Shown here piece after piece: positions 35,750 to 36,905 of a stretch of DNA of 36,905 nucleotides (positions are counted from its first letter, which is position 1; the number at the start of each line of letters is the position of its first letter). Under the pieces are notes generated by a model, which searched no databases, was not told where the DNA came from, and was given only the letters and a program-made list of their open reading frames with translations. The stretch covers positions 1 through 36,905 of IMG/VR virus record IMGVR_UViG_3300030376_006487, one strand, 5' to 3'. Source of the stretch: a virus (taxonomy: Duplodnaviria > Caudoviricetes). Both the position numbers and the translations under genes were made by a program.

Positions 35750-36288
35750 TATGCTAGTACCTCCGAAACTGTAAATGTAGTAAATCCTTCTTGATTATTT
35801 GAATTATCTCTATTGATAAATACTTCATTTGCTTCGCATTTAAATTGCACTTTGTAAGTAACTTCACTTGCTGAGGAAGGACTATCTAATAAACAAGTTG
35901 TATATGACCTATTACAGGTTATGTCATCTATTCTTATACCTTGAGGTTCTTGTAAAACTGTGCTTCCTCTTAGAATTTGATAAAAATTATTAGTGTTATT
36001 TTGACCAGAGCCAAACATACCTACAAAATTAATTAGCACTTTGCTAGATGTTGCAGTTGGAGTTATTGAAACACTACAACCAGTGATATCTGTAAAACTT
36101 GTTGATGTAGATGCTATTTTAGTTGTAAAAACAGTTTGAACTACTTGACCAATCTTACCAAACCCACTTGCTGTTCCGCTATTTGAAATAGTGCAACCTG
36201 ACGGTATTGTAAGTGTATCACCACTCGCTCCTAGTGTTAAACTAGTTCCTGATTGTGGTTCTAAGTTATCTACGAATATTGTTCCCAT
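35749..36288 (-). CDS. Short tail-fibre-like protein (179 aa), paralogue of 36288-36905
   Basis: GKIGQVVQT, ITP.ATSSKVLI, LDSP and terminal EVLA. Confidence 0.7.
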   Translation of the reverse strand: MGTIFVDNLEPQSGTSLTLGASGDTLTIPSGCTISNSGTASGFGKIGQVVQTVFTTKIASTSTSFTDITGCSVSITPTATSSKVLINFVGMFGSGQNNTNNFYQILRGSTVLQEPQGIRIDDITCNRSYTTCLLDSPSSASEVTYKVQFKCEANEVFINRDNSNNQEGFTTFTVSEVLA

Positions 36289-36905
36289 TATGCTAGTACC
36301 TCCATTAGTGTTAGAGTTGAAATTGTACTATAACTTCCACCTTTACTATTAAAAGTATAACTACTACCAGATACTTTTGTTTGTAAGTGGAAAGTAATAG
36401 AACTCGTACTGTTTGGACTATCTAAAAAATTGATACTAAAACCACCATCACCTCTATCTGAGTTAGGTGTTCCAGCACTTTGACAAGCTGTGCCTTGACC
36501 AGCAGTTCCAGTTTGTAATGTTGTACTATCTCTTAATACTCTAAAAAATATATCCATAGCAGCACCTGGATTATAACCACCTAATCTAAAATCTATTAAA
36601 ATTTTACTGCTTGTAGCTGAAGGAGTTATAGCCGCAGTTATAACATCTGCAAAAGATGTAGTGCTTATGCTAGAACTAGCTGTGCTTACAGTTTGAATTA
36701 CTTGACCAATCTTACCACCACCAAATCCAGTGGCAGTTCCGCTATTTGTTATAGTAGCACCACTAGGTATTGTTATGGTTGAGCTGGAACCACCTAATGT
36801 TAAATCTGCTCCTGCGGTTAATGTAATTGTGTCACCACTGTCGCCTAAGGTAACTGTGCCATTATCAGCAAGAGGCGCTAATTTATTTACTTCAAGAGTG
36901 CTCAT
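36288..36905 (-). CDS. Short tail-fibre-like protein (205 aa)
   Basis: GKIGQVIQT, ITPSATSSKILI, LDSP and terminal EVLA. Confidence 0.7.
   Translation of the reverse strand: MSTLEVNKLAPLADNGTVTLGDSGDTITLTAGADLTLGGSSSTITIPSGATITNSGTATGFGGGKIGQVIQTVSTASSSISTTSFADVITAAITPSATSSKILIDFRLGGYNPGAAMDIFFRVLRDSTTLQTGTAGQGTACQSAGTPNSDRGDGGFSINFLDSPNSTSSITFHLQTKVSGSSYTFNSKGGSYSTISTLTLMEVLA

Noticed and set aside
7597-35774. Numerous + strand ORFs antisense to replication and virion genes (for example 7597-7905, 14757-15125, 22784-23221, 25179-25583, 29625-30149)
   Set aside because: They overlap clear genes on the opposite strand, lack recognisable motifs and show antisense-type composition.
30426-36905. 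Diversity-generating retroelement or invertase shufflon acting on the fibre genes
   Set aside because: No reverse transcriptase or recombinase is present in the window, no ~100-bp TR/VR pair with adenine-specific differences was seen, and all genes share one orientation.
1-36905. tRNA/rRNA genes, integrase/att site, alternative genetic code
   Set aside because: No cloverleaf or rRNA-like sequence was recognised by eye, no integrase was seen, and standard-code ORFs tile the window with TAA, TAG and TGA all used as stops.

Overview
This window is about 37 kb of an AT-rich tailed dsDNA bacteriophage genome, most likely a marine podovirus-like phage. Its gene content and order resemble the HTVC023P/HTVC027P-type pelagiphage group; this is inferred from recalled family motifs, not from a database search. 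Left to right: (1) an early/accessory region (1-3400) built from repeated modules of CA(A/G)GCNN heptad repeats, a GGGTGGGCCCA box, a sigma70-like promoter, one or two small ORFs and often a hairpin; (2) a resolvase, terminase small subunit and an origin- or pac-like non-coding element; (3) a replication module with PD-(D/E)xK nucleases, a Leu762-type family A DNA polymerase, UvrD-like helicase, AEP-type primase, SSB-like protein and SNF2 helicase; (4) an M15 peptidase endolysin; (5) a minus-strand virion module with internal/ejection proteins, nozzle, and a long array of short tail-fibre/C1q-like genes plus chaperones. Major capsid, portal and large terminase are not recognisable in the window. 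The most notable signals are an RTX-toxin-activating (HlyC/TAAT-like) acyltransferase homologue coupled to the putative ejection-protein genes, the repeat-delimited promoter cassette array, a repeated xxGG peptide motif shared by several proteins, and several structured non-coding elements.
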